Below are positions 36,793 to 49,196 of a stretch of 64,000 nucleotides of DNA, piece after piece. The notes beneath the pieces were generated by a model. It searched no databases. It was given only the letters and a program-made list of their open reading frames with translations, and had not been told where the DNA came from. The position numbers and the translations under genes are program-made. Source of the DNA: Centroscyllium fabricii (lineage: Eukaryota); NCBI GenBank assembly GCA_051313645.2, contig JBNRSN020000008.1:121706001-121770000 (forward strand). Reading direction: 5' to 3'. The first letter of the stretch is position 1; every line of letters begins with the position of its first letter.

Positions 36793-38902
36793 GTAAGTTC
36801 TTTCTAATCGGTAACAGGGCTGGTGAACGCGTGACACCTGATGTCATTCGGGGCTCTTGGGCGCATGTACTGTTTCTTGGCCAGCCAAAAAAAAAGAAAT
36901 GATAGTACAACGTGAGTTCAATTTCAACAACTAGCTGTTATGATGAATGTGAACAAATGTTCAGTTATGAAAATAACATTGCAATATTATAAACAAATTA
37001 TATTTTAAGTATGTTACTAAATTTGTAACTACAATTACAAATGCTGAATCATGAAGAATGCTGTGCTTCATAATTGTGTTTAACTGTTAGATTAAAGAAA
37101 ATGAAGAAATAAAGAATAGATTGTATCTGATATTTTAAGCAACTGCAAATAGGGTTCTTTACAAAAACAAGTAGCTCCCATGCTGCTTAATCACATGTAT
37201 TAGAAATAATATTGTATTAAACCAGCTCTGAAAAATATAAACGACACAGCCTTTCCTAATATGTAACAATTTTATACGTTGAAAGTCGAATTGTTTTCAA
37301 ACGGAGCTCGGTGGAGCAAAGCTGTGTACAGAATACAAATTGCTTCTGTATAATCTGCGAGACTGGCTGAAAGAATACCTGGAAGATATGAAATAATTTA
37401 AGAAACGATTCTGCACGTTTATAGAAGAATAAAATATTCTGCTTATCTTTTGTTGAACCTGCTCTATATTAATTTGCTGAGGTTGTATAACATTTTAAAT
37501 AATCTGTTCCGTTATAGATGTCACGGTTCTGTTCAGAGTCCCAAGGGTTTTCTAATCGATCACATTCGTAACAATTTGGACTAGAATTATAGAACAATGA
37601 CTAACAAGGTGCTGCTTAATGTATAAAATGGCGAGCTTTCATTTTCTCCAAATATCTGCTGAAAGAAAACATCTTTCATGTTAGAGGTGCAGTAAGAGCA
37701 TTCACTGCAGCTGGTGAGATCTAGTTTGGAATATTCAATGAACTATTTTTGTGTCTAGTGATGCAATATCAAATAAACTAGCTGTATTGTTTCTGTTACA
37801 CATTGAATTTACTTATGGCCAACACAAATGTTACATGAAACGTAGAATGTCATGGTAAGGTTTAAAGAGAGAGAGCGAGAAGACTGTGAAATCATAAACA
37901 GTGCAAGATAGGATCCCAAATCCCCAGATTCACAGCAATAAAGATTGAATAAATATCAAACAAGACACGGGGCAGGCTCACCCCAAAAAGCTCAGATGAA
38001 GAATGTTTACACTGAAGACTGAAAATAAGAGCTATACACCTATAAATAATCGGAGTTTCTTTAAAAAGAAAAAAACCTGGCGCGTTATAACCTTTTCCAC
38101 CAACTTCAGTTTAATGGATAATTTTAAAACTATTTTTTAATAAGAGAAAAATATAAAGATTTGTAAATTCTTCGAAGTTAACGAGGTAGAGCATCACCGC
38201 GAGTGCAAGCTTTTTCGGCTATACATTTTCAATAAAATCTGCAACTGACAAGAATAACAAACAGAACACCTCGAAAAACACGCGCCAAGTGGTACGAGAA
38301 ACTGTTTGGGAATGGATTACGGCCGACAGAGGACTTTTTATTAATGTCGCTTCTCATTACAAATCGACATTCTATTCATATAGAATTATTTTACAAGTTC
38401 AATCAGTGGTCACATTAACTCATGACAGAAGATTAAAATGTACATCGTCAGACACTGTTAACGGCTAGGACAGTCTAAAACCAGTGTTGAAATAACAGTT
38501 TACATAGAATATATCATTACTTGGGGTTTCCTATTCTTAAACAACGTAAAGAGGAGCTGGTAGTGCCACGTCAATTAGTGGGGCAAAAATAAACTTCGCA
38601 GTATATAAATGATCGGTTTTTGCTTAAAATGCTGCACTATAAAAATACAGACCCGCAGTTCTAGTGGTAGCATCAGTTACGTTGTGGAGCACAGTGAAAA
38701 TCTTTGACTTTGAAAATAAAATTATGACGACCACGTACCTGAACTCTTAAAGATGAAGTTAACAATATTTCAGGTACATTAATATTAGTTTGGATCAGAA
38801 AGTGCACACATGTGTACATTTTGTACTGAATGCTATCTTTATTCTATAATTCACTTAGCCTAAACTGTTTAATCTAACTTTGTTTTCTAAATTTTATTGC
38901 AG

Positions 38903-38929
38903 ATCTGGCAGAATGGAGGAGGCGCTTCA
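38903..38929 (+). other. Candidate 27-nt non-coding micro-exon
   Basis: TCTAAC branch-like motif, T-rich tract, TTGCAG acceptor and a GTAAGT donor at 38930. Confidence 0.45.
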
Positions 38930-40698
38930 GTAAGTAGCTATGTGTTATTTCTTAACAGTATGGACAATAGTTGGAAACGGTTGGTTGTTTCGAATGTGGT
39001 TTATATGGAAAATGAGATTGTCAGATTGTGGGTCTAAAGAGAGCAGTAGCTTGGATTCTGAAATGATTCTAGTAGTAATTGTTGTGTGCAGCTTGCATTC
39101 TTTGTGATGCTCTTGTTTAATTTGTATAATGATGTGGGAGAAATGATGTTGTTACATTAAATTTCCCTGAAAGGAATAGGATCCTTATAGGTACAGAGTA
39201 AAATCAGTTAAAATATAATTGTGCTTAACTCTAATTAACTGTGACAGTGTAGATCCAGGGTCAGATTTAGCTGGCTTGTTATTTTGAACTGCCAATGCAC
39301 AACACAGCGCCTCCCAGTGCAAGGCTGTATCTCTAAAAGGTCATTTGGAGGAAAGTTATTGTTCCGGTTTCAACAACATCTGTAAAAACGCTTTGGCGAA
39401 TGACGTGGCAATAATTATAGACGATATTTAAAGTGTACTCTTAATGAGTCAATAGAGACATGCTGGATAACGCAAATATTTAAGCTCTCCAGATATTACA
39501 GCCACTGTAAACATGTAGGCCAAAAATCAAGCCTTGTGGCTGCCACAGCATCAAATGAACTATTCGTTTAACTAAAGCACAGTGTTTCTTTTCTTGTATT
39601 CTCTATTGGCTAGGCGTGCCTTTTATGATTTCATAGTGATTTTTGTAAAGGTTTCCAGGTCGTTGGTAGAATAATTATTCATTAAAAGCATATATTACTT
39701 ATTGTAAAGTTTTGTTACTTTTTACATGGGAGCATGTTTCAGTAGTTTCTTGTCGTTTGTTAACTATGAAAGATACAATAAATGAAATGTTTTATTAATA
39801 GGTTCACGAGGATAATTTGACGCTATTATTTTAAAATTGTACATTTAAGGAAAGCTAGCAATATCAAAGTAACCAAAACTGAGAGTGTCACACGTCAAAT
39901 TAGAAAGGTTCAACCCTTACCATTTCAAAGGGACTGTAAAACATCGATTTGGATTACTATTTGGCTATCACAAGCCAATAATACAAATGCTCAGATTCTG
40001 TCTTCTCTACACCAGGAACTGTACATGTTTCTTTCACCTTAGGTCCACTATTGCTCCTTCACTTCAGATAATTAGAATCACTGCTAGGTTATCAAATGCA
40101 AACATTCACAGATACTAGTCTATCTTTATACACAATATCCGACACTATTGTCCTCCAAGTAATAGCATACTATGTCACGAGATAAATGTCAAACAATAAC
40201 TCACTTTAAATAGATCCAGATAATGTTTAACCGGTATTCGCAAAGCAATGGACCAGCGCCATGGATCCTTCGTTTCAGCACTATGTTTTACAATGTGAAT
40301 CTTTAGGCGTTGATAAATAATCAAGGGCAATTGCTACTGAAAAGCAAAACAGTCCTGTTTATACTGAGCGGACTTCTGCAAGAAAATGGCTTTCTGGGTC
40401 ACTAGAAAGGTGAACTTTTTAAAAATTCAATTTTGTTTTTAAAATCGTTGTTTTTATACGTAGGAAGGCCCTTAGCAGACTGATGACAATAATAGCTTTC
40501 ATTGAACCACTGAATCTATGAATAAATATAGGGTTCACTTCCCAAACACTTACTTTGCATTGACATTCTCTAGGTCAAAATCTGCTAGATCAAAAGTCGC
40601 AGCACTTGTGTGGGCAGTTAAAAAAAGAGGTGAATTTTAATCGGGTTTGTTCATCAATAACTCTTTGGCATTGACCTGTCTGAACGAGTCGAGCAGTA

Positions 40699-40715
40699 AG
40701 GTGAAATGCAGGTCA
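40699..40715 (+). promoter_or_regulatory. Hoxd4 5' RARE (DR5)
   Basis: AGGTGA-aatgc-AGGTCA, the same as the recalled mouse/human Hoxd4 upstream RARE, about 3.1 kb before the ATG. Confidence 0.88.
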
Positions 40716-42346
40716 CAGCGTCTAACAAATATTAAAATGTGTAGCGCCAATCAGCTTCACAATGTGCGATAATTTGAACTGTAAAGGGATTTGGCTTTCG
40801 AATTATCGGATGATGTAACGATATCTGGTATTTTCTTTGCGAAAAGGCTTTTAAAAGCAGAATTCGCTGCTGGTGCTTTCGTTGGCGTCATTGGTTGTCG
40901 AAAACTGTTTAGCTCCTTTCTTTCCTAATGCACTGGGGTAAACGGAAAAAAAATCACAGGTAAATCAGATCAAACTTTTAGCGACGTTATGGATGGTTTA
41001 CAAAAGTAAAATAATCAAAACATCAACTTACTGAGATATTAAATATGAGATTAAACATTTGTAGAGGATTAGTTTGGCTGCTCTGAAATAAAACGTAGAT
41101 AACCCGAAACCTTTGTCTGGCGTACTCGACAGAAACAGCAGAGAAATAAACAAGTGAAGATACCGTTTATTGTCAAAAAGTCCAGCTTCAGTGTTGCATT
41201 GTTAATCAATGCATCTCACAACATTGAAGTGTAATCTTTGTACTGTCGAACAAACTTACTCATTTTCGTTGGCGTACGTTTATAATTGTTCTCAGCCTGC
41301 CTCTCGTGTGTCTGTTTTTTTTAACTAGAGAGATAAGTATATAATTACTGTAAGTTTAGCTGAACAGTTAATTCGGAAAGGTTCACACGCTTAGAAAAGG
41401 TTCAGCGTGTGGCGGTCGCTAAAGTGAAAATTATAATGCAACTTTCCGAGGTGTTTGTAAATGATTTCAGCCTGACCCCGTGCCCTTCAGCCTTTAACAT
41501 ACAACGCAGTGGCACTGCAGGGACAGTGAGGACAGCAAAGTAAGGGACCTGCAAAGCACTAGCGTTTAGAAACCACCTTAGACATGTTCCAGGCAAAGGG
41601 AATCCTGATTAGCTGGCAGATTAAATTGTATATTTCTGTCCCTGCATATGGCAATCCAATTGACTGGTGGTATAATGAGATTTTGAAGTATTCTGCCGAC
41701 AGTATTATTTGATCCAGCTCCTAGGAAATGGGAGAGATTAGAATAGAACAAACACTCGTTATTTTCCTAGGCTGCTATCATTTTATGAAAATAATAATGA
41801 GTGGAAAACGCTTTGGAATAAACCAATATTTGAGCTATCGTGTATACATTTTATTTGATTAGATTTAGGAATTGTTTAGGCCGGGTGATATTTGTTATAA
41901 CATCCTGCGGTTTGTTAGTGGTGAGTTCAAATTATTAGCATCTGGAGCAATTATTGATTCACGCTGGGGCACTTAGTAATGTTAGCTGGAGCGGATCGGT
42001 ACAAACTGTTTCCTATAAAATCTCTGTGAAATACGAAGGGTTCATAAATACAGTAACAAATAGTAACTTCTGCTTTGTAGACTGTATGCACAAACCAGCC
42101 CTGCACGCTGATCCATGTTGCTCCCACTGCCGAACAACGTTTGCTACCACCTACCAGCTATAAGGAAACGATTTCTATTATTTGTCAATGGCCAAACAAT
42201 TACATTACTTAACAAACGCTTTGCCTGGATTTTATTTTCTTATTTATTAATATAACACGTCATTAACTCTTTGGGGCTGGCTTGGAACTGCAGCTTTTTA
42301 AACTACTTTTCCATTTTGGAATTAGTCGCCGAATTGGTTTGTAACC

Positions 42347-42429
42347 CGTCGTCTATATATACCCTGTAGAACCGAATTTGTGTGATGATTCGGTCACAGA
42401 TTCGTTTCTAGGGGAGTATATGGTCGATG
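42347..42429 (+). ncRNA. mir10b: microRNA miR-10b precursor
   Basis: Mature TACCCTGTAGAACCGAATTTGTG at 42360-42382 pairs with the 3p arm ACAGATTCGTTTCTAGGGGAGT at 42396-42417. Canonical position upstream of Hox4. Confidence 0.98.
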
Positions 42430-43685
42430 CCAACACTACGAAAATCAGCAATGTGCTCTTCGTGGCTTTTACTGCTTAGACTGATTTAGTTCTAAGTAAT
42501 ACTCAATGATTTGCTGAGAAATGGCCTGTTTTTATTTTGAATCCTGTCTTCAATATTGAGCAGAAGACTTTTAAATCCCGCCGCTCAGAATTGAATGGCT
42601 TATTTCAGCTATCCTTCGCAATCTAAATATGGTGCTTAACGTGTTGATTTACTGATCAGTAGTCAGAATGTAGTCGTTTCGAAACTTCTGGATTTACTCT
42701 CCGGAAATATAAGATTACTGAAACTTAACTATTTCTTGCTGAATGCTGCCTGTTTCCATGGCGATGACGATGAATTATCTGCAAAGATTGGCTTACGGTT
42801 TTGTACCGCGTTTGACCAACTTACGTTGCTTCCGAATTAAATCGAACTAGATAACGTCTTTGCTCAAAACTTACAAACCGAATTGTACACGTTACAAATA
42901 AAAGAGTTAGAAATGCGTTATTGCGTTAGTTTAAATAGATAATAGGTGGTAAGATGTGAGGAGATGAAAACCAATTGTGAAGAGATTGGAGCACAAACGT
43001 TTGCAAGTGTGAGGCAAGGCCAACAGATATAAAACTTATATCCTACTCTTCCAAATTATTGAACTTTCAGAGCAAAGTATTTTTGACCTTACAATGTCCT
43101 TAAGCAACACGTGTAAAGTGCTCTGTGTGACCCTGAATGCCTTGTTATGACTTTATCGGGAGTAGACCATGTTTGCCTTTGAATAACTTTGTCCAAAAGA
43201 CCTTCCTGCATCTGTAATGGCTGTAATTATTTTCCTCAGCTCCGTTATTCCTTTTTGTGGCTAACGGGATGCTTCCTTTGTCACCCTGCGTACGTTGGAT
43301 TGCCAGCCGTCTCTCCAAGTACCCTCGCTATTGTCATCCTGCTCTCGGGCGAAAACAACAACAAAAACATACAAACAGGCCGAATGCCTTCTCTATCCTT
43401 GATTTATGTGAAAAGCGGCAAGGAATGGTGGAAAATTCTCTTTGGACAAAAGAGCAAATTACCTGGGCAATATTCGAGCGCTCAGTGAGTGATCTTTATT
43501 CTCTCCAAATGGAAACCGCTATTACACGCATTTTCCGGAAACTAATTCGAATATTTAGTGACCTCTGGAAAAAATTAAAGACGTTGCCGTTTTTATTTTA
43601 TTTTTTAAATCATGGTTTTCTGGACGAAGTTTTGTAAAAAATTGTCATTAGCTGTTTCCTTATCCGGGAATCGGGCCCGACCCTG

Positions 43686-43808
43686 CCATTGGCTCGTACA
43701 GTCACATGGGTGACTAACTTTATTCAGTTGACAGCAAGTAGGAGGGCTTTATGGAACGGGAAAAAAGACAACTCGAGAAAAATTAGTATTTTCCACCTTC
43801 AGAAATTA
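43686..43808 (+). promoter_or_regulatory. HoxD4 proximal promoter/5'UTR with splice acceptor just before the ATG
   Basis: CCATTGGC, GTCACATGG and the conserved Hox4 leader AACTTTATTCAGTTGACAGCAAGTAGGAGGGC. Acceptor TTCCACCTTCAG ends at 43802. Confidence 0.75.
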
Positions 43809-44220
43809 ATGACCATGAGTTCGTATTTGATGAACTCTAAATATGTGGATCCCAAATTTCCTCCTTGCGAGGAATACTCGCAAAATAACTACATACCTGA
43901 CCAATGTTCAGAGTATTACAGCCAGTCGCAGGACTCTGATTTCCAGCATCAAGGAGTCTATCCACGGTCAAACTACAGCGGCCAGTCGTACAGCTGCAGC
44001 AACGCTCGGGGCTCGCCAGTGCAGCAGAGGGGTCATGTGCAGGCACAACCCGCTCCTCAGAACCACCTCACAGGGCAGGGGGAGCCCGTTGCACCGCTCC
44101 AAGTGTCCATAGCCCGGCCTTGCAGCCAGCAGCAACATAATGCAAAGAACCAAAACGGCACAGCAACCAAACAGCCAGCAGTGGTTTATCCTTGGATGAA
44201 GAAAATCCACGTTAACACGG
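43809..44220 (+). CDS. hoxd4: Homeobox protein Hox-D4, exon 1
   Basis: [23 protein letters not shown]...[17 protein letters not shown]. Donor CGG|GTAAGG at 44221. Confidence 0.97.
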
Positions 44221-44243
44221 GTAAGGTCCACTTTTTGGTGTGT

Positions 44244-44265
44244 CCCCCCCCCCCCCCCCCCCCCC
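44244..44265. repeat. Poly-C tract (22 nt)
   Basis: Homopolymer 24 nt into the HoxD4 intron. Confidence 0.95.
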
Positions 44266-44344
44266 ACCCCCCTGCATCGCCACCCCTGGCAAATATTTGT
44301 GACCATTGGTATCGGTCTACCGTAAATAACTCCTTCAAAGGAGG

Positions 44345-44400
44345 ATTTATGAGCGGTTTATAAAAAGACCGGCAATTACACCCATCATAAATTTTTATTG
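44345..44400. promoter_or_regulatory. Conserved Hox4 intronic homeodomain-binding element (HB1-like)
   Basis: TTTATG, TTTATA and CAATTACACCCATCATAAATTTTTATTG, as recalled from Hoxa4/b4/d4 introns. Confidence 0.7.
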
Positions 44401-44657
44401 CTGAGGAAATAGGCCGCTGGCCATGTGGCTGACTCCATGTGAAAACTCGAGCCTGAGAGTAACAGGGACATGTTATATCTCCGATTCGGAAATAACTTTA
44501 AAGTGGTCCTTAGTAATAATATATATTTGAACTTCTTACCACGGGTACTGTTACAGTGCAGTGTAACAGCAGACGTTGCTTTTAGGATTGCATAGTGGAA
44601 GCGGCTGACAAACTTTAGGTTCAGATTTGAATGGTTTTGAATTGTTTTGTTTTTCAG

Positions 44658-44965
44658 TGAATCCTAATTACACTGGAGGGGAACCAAAACGTTCACGAAC
44701 TGCCTACACAAGGCAGCAGGTTTTAGAACTGGAAAAGGAATTCCATTTTAACAGGTATCTGACAAGACGACGTCGTATTGAAATAGCCCACACTTTATGT
44801 CTTTCCGAACGCCAGATCAAAATTTGGTTTCAGAATAGAAGAATGAAGTGGAAAAAAGATCACAAACTGCCCAACACTAAGACCAGATCGTCTAGTTCTT
44901 CTGCTTCCAATCAACAGTCACAAACTGTTTCCAAGGACCAACAAACAGACCTCACAAGTTTATAG
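44658..44965 (+). CDS. hoxd4: Homeobox protein Hox-D4, exon 2 (homeodomain)
   Basis: Acceptor TTTTCAG, then [75 protein letters not shown]...TDLTSL*. Spliced product 239 aa. Confidence 0.97.
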
Positions 44966-45629
44966 AAGGAAATCTTATAAGTGGCTCTTTAAGTGTATAT
45001 AATGAGACATTTCCAGGCAGAAATTGCATGTACCGATAACATGGCTTGTAGGTGCTTTCCTGCTGATTTTTATGGCATTGAAGGGACCTTATCTTATGCC
45101 GTCACCTTGTTCTTAAATGTAGGAAATGAAACAAAAAGGAGTAAGTCACCTTAGCTGCAGCTGAAACGATTGCAAATCTAGTCAGTGGCTATTCTTACCA
45201 TACAGCACACCTTAGTAACCTTAACAAGTGCGAGGCACTAAGTGGTGAAGACATGGTGAGGTGTACACTCCAGGTACATGTGTAGTCTGCTAGCATGAAA
45301 ATGAAAGGCTGCGACGCTTGTTCACGGTCTTTTTATTTTATAATGAAGGCTGGATGATTTGTTGTGGGAATTTCTTATTTTCACAACTATTTTTGCTTGT
45401 AATGTGTATTTTTGCGATTCCATCTCTTTGTGTATATTGTGTTGATATTCGAGATTTATAGTGATCAGGAATTAGACAGTGTTTTGTGGTTTCTTTATTT
45501 AAAATGAGAAAATGGTATTTGTAATTGTGCTGCTGGATGGATTATTGTTACAAGTCTACAATGCAAGATTGCATACATTTTTATGTTCAAGAACGATACC
45601 AAAATTCGTGCGCACTACTAAAGTTCAAA

Positions 45630-45635
45630 AATAAA
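45630..45635 (+). terminator. Candidate HoxD4 polyadenylation signal
   Basis: AATAAA about 665 nt after the stop. Confidence 0.45.
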
Positions 45636-47447
45636 TTTAGTAGTAACAAGCTGAACAGCGTGAGTAGTTTTCCTTTTTGGTATCTGGCTATGTATTCTTA
45701 TATATGACTACAGCTCATGTTGCGATGCTGTCGTGAACACATGCCATGAAAAGAGACCCTACATATCATCGTTTTCTGTAAGAATGCAAATTGCCAAAAA
45801 TCCAGTGATCTGCTGTTCAATATCAAATATCCGAAGACAACAACCGACGTTATCTAAAACAAGATTTCTGAAAGAGAAATGTGCTTAGTGGAATATTGCA
45901 AACGTACTTTGTGTTCAGGGCGCTTGTTAAACTCTGTTTCTCGGTTTGTTGGTTGATAAATGAGTAAGCTGGTTACACCAATCTGTGAACGTTTAGTATT
46001 ACAAGTGGGAATGTGTTTCCTTTCGATTTTTTCCAGAACGGATGAGCGAACAACAATACGACACGGTACACAGTTTAGAAACAGAAAACGGTCTACACAG
46101 TGTATATTTTGTTTTGTGAAGAGCCCTTTTCGTTTTTCTAACCTATTAATCTGTAAAGACACACTGGTGGTTGATTTAGAGGGGCAAGGACAATAGCCGA
46201 GAGTCTCTTCAATTCGGTAATTTACACCTAAACACAAATTGCTGAAGATTCTTGTTTCTGGCAGTTTTAAAGAAGCCAATGTTATGTTACAACCAGACAA
46301 AACGAGTCAGAACTTCCTGAAATACAAGATTGTGTGTGCTGTGCCAACATTCTCACGATATCAATCAGTGGCACATTGGTATGTAATGGAGATTTCGCAC
46401 TCAGTTCCTTTATGCAAAGCTTTAAAACGGTCATTCATTGCAGGATATCCAGATGTTTTAAACGGAATAAAGTCCCCGTTGTGTTACAAAGGGTTAGCTA
46501 AATAGATATTGCAACATACCTACTTACTGTTTCCATGATACTGTTAACCCCATAAACTAAATATATAATTATAAATTTAATTCTCACAAAGCCCATCTGG
46601 GTTCATTTAATGTACGTTTTTTGAGGACATGTCCAATCTTTGGAAGTACAGCCTCCTCACCATGAAGCGCTTTCCCCTAATTTATGATAGACATGAAAGC
46701 AAAGATTGGGGAACGATGTTGTGTGATTGCAATTGACGGTTATCGGCCCACGCATTTTTAAAACCACGAACTAAATAGGAGTATTAAATTTAGGCCGTTT
46801 TATTTATTTTACCTGCAAAATTAGAGTTTTATAAAAAAAAGATGACGTATATCCACAATATTGCTTCAAAATAATTAAAGCTATTGGTAGAAAATGAATG
46901 GAAAGAGCAAAAGTCCGGAGGGCTTCGTGTTAATGTTCTATCTAATCCACTGAAAGGAAACCGAGCCAAACTAACACTCAGGAAATCATTATTTGCAATC
47001 ACACAGTAATTTAGATGGCAATGCCAAAATTCCGTCAAGATACAAGAAGTTAAGACAATGTATTTTCCAGGAATTTCGATGTTCAACCAGTTTTTGCAGC
47101 ATTCGGTAACAAAAGTAAGTTGGCGGTGCAGCTCTTTTTCCTTTCCCTTCCCCGCCCTGCAAGCTTGCAGCTGGCTTAGCTGGACATGGTCTGTTTGAAA
47201 AGGCAAATTCCACGATTCTTTGTTCTTTATAGGGTAAGCCGTGTAGTTCTCAGACTTGCACATGACATTACTATAATATATCCACGTCTTGATATTATAA
47301 ATGAGTGATATTCTCTATACCATTTAAATCATTGTCTCCAGTACAAAACGCTAAGGTTCACGCGTAGCAAAGATGTCCTTTTCTGACGCCTTCATGTTGA
47401 GAAGCTGAAAAGGTATTTTACTGAAGTTCGGCTAAACTGTAGAAACA

Positions 47448-47524
47448 GGTTCACCAAGAGGACAAATTTTCTATTCGATTAGCTGTATTTCAGCCTGGAG
47501 GACTGACCTCTAAACCCTTGACCT
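47448..47524. promoter_or_regulatory. Hoxd4 3' neural enhancer core with DR5 RARE
   Basis: GGTTCA-ccaag-AGGACA at 47448-47464 (recalled mammalian GGTTCAcccagAGGACA), plus TGACCT-c-TAAACC-ct-TGACCT at 47504-47524. Confidence 0.85.
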
Positions 47525-49043
47525 TTTGGACTAAATCCTACCCTTCGCCTTTTCTATGTGTTTTAACACAGACACCATCTAGTTAAAGCCAGTTGAAATA
47601 GGTTCTCACGTATGAACTACTCCAATTTCTGCATGTGGCAACTTCTGCATCTATTTGCAAGAGTTGCGGATTTTAGTAGAATGTGTGTCGCCACCAAACT
47701 CCCCTTTTCTCCGCTCCCCGCACTTTTACACTTTATCTCTGATGACAGAACATAGGAGTTGTTGATTTACTCGGCTTCAAACTTTGCTCTTTTTCAACTC
47801 AATGTGGTCCCGCTCTCCTTTCTTTGCTGCTCGAATAAAGAAAACGTTCAGAAACACTCCCAGGCATTCATCTTCCAGCAATTGCATTAAGATTCCCACT
47901 AAATGCTTTCTGCACAAATTGGCCATAAAATACAGTTTTGCCACATTTATTTTTATGCTTAAAATACTCGAAATCACGTTACAACGGTTGACGCTTTGTA
48001 TAGAAGAATAATACACGTTGTTTATCAATCCAGAATTGAAATCTATTCATGCCACCTAAATTCTATGGTAAAATACCCAACAAAACAATGAATATTCCAA
48101 AATAAAAGATTTCGAGTTTAGCAGTTGTAAATAATTCTATTCTCAAGCACCGTTGCATCCATATTATGGATAAAGTCCGCATAATTTCGTCATTATTCAT
48201 TTTTTAATTAAAGAAGACACATTTCGACACCGAGTGGACACAGCACCCTATTGTGTAGGTGTTTCGGTCTGGCCCGTGTTAATGCTAAGCTATAACTCAT
48301 AACCGCCCCACCCCCCCAAAAAAATCTGCATCGTCGTCTATGAAGGTTGAGTACAATGGAACCCCCTTTTTGTGTTATGACGACCCAGAAAAAGTGAAAC
48401 TAAACGAACTTTTAAAATATTTTCGTCAAGCAATCTAATCGCTGAAACTGCGACCCAATGTACGCAAACAACTAGAATAAGTAATAATGAATCAGCAGCA
48501 TGTGCTGTCTTTCCTCAAATACAATCTAAATTGCGAGAACATATATATGTTAAAAGAGGCTGCAAGCAGTATCTGACTTTGACTTTTGTGCAACACCTAT
48601 CTCCTTGAAAAGCAGCCTACTTTTAACCGCAGTTACCACCAAGGTCAATTGATAACGTCTCACATTCATTTAGCCATGTAATTTATCAATATTTAACCTA
48701 TCCAGCCACACGTATTAGTGTAGGCACTGGTTACAATTTATAATTCAAATGTTTTAAATTTAGAAGCTTAATTATTTTCAGGTTCTTTCACTGTATCATT
48801 TGTCATATAAATATCGAATACACAAACATGAGAACTATAGAACATAAAAGTCAACAACATCATGATTTCTGAACTGTTATATCATTCAAAATTCATAACG
48901 TCACATATGATCTCAATCACAATCAATCAACTTGCATATTTATATCTATGGCCGCATAGCACAGTTCCCACAACCACACATCACCTATATCTAGCTGTGT
49001 GCTGTTTGTATGCATAGAAGTATTTTTTCTATACCTGCATGTT

Positions 49044-49196
49044 TTTATATGTATGCATATATGTACATATGTGTGTATGCATGTGCATATGTATGGATGT
49101 GCCCGTATATATGTATAGATGTATCTGTGTATGAATGTTTATATATACATGTGTGTATGCGATAATGTATATGTGTACTTACTGTACACGCGTGTA
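49044..49196. repeat. Degenerate (TA/TG/CA)n low-complexity tract
   Basis: Long alternating pyrimidine-purine run TATATGTATGCATATATGTACATATGTGTGTATGC... Confidence 0.8.

Noticed and set aside
40396-40413. GGGTCA-ctagaa-AGGTGA
   Set aside because: A 6-nt spacer is not a canonical RARE spacing.
44221-44363. Polyproline extension of HoxD4 exon 1
   Set aside because: Read-through past a strong GTAAGG donor. Poly-C encodes proline in any frame.
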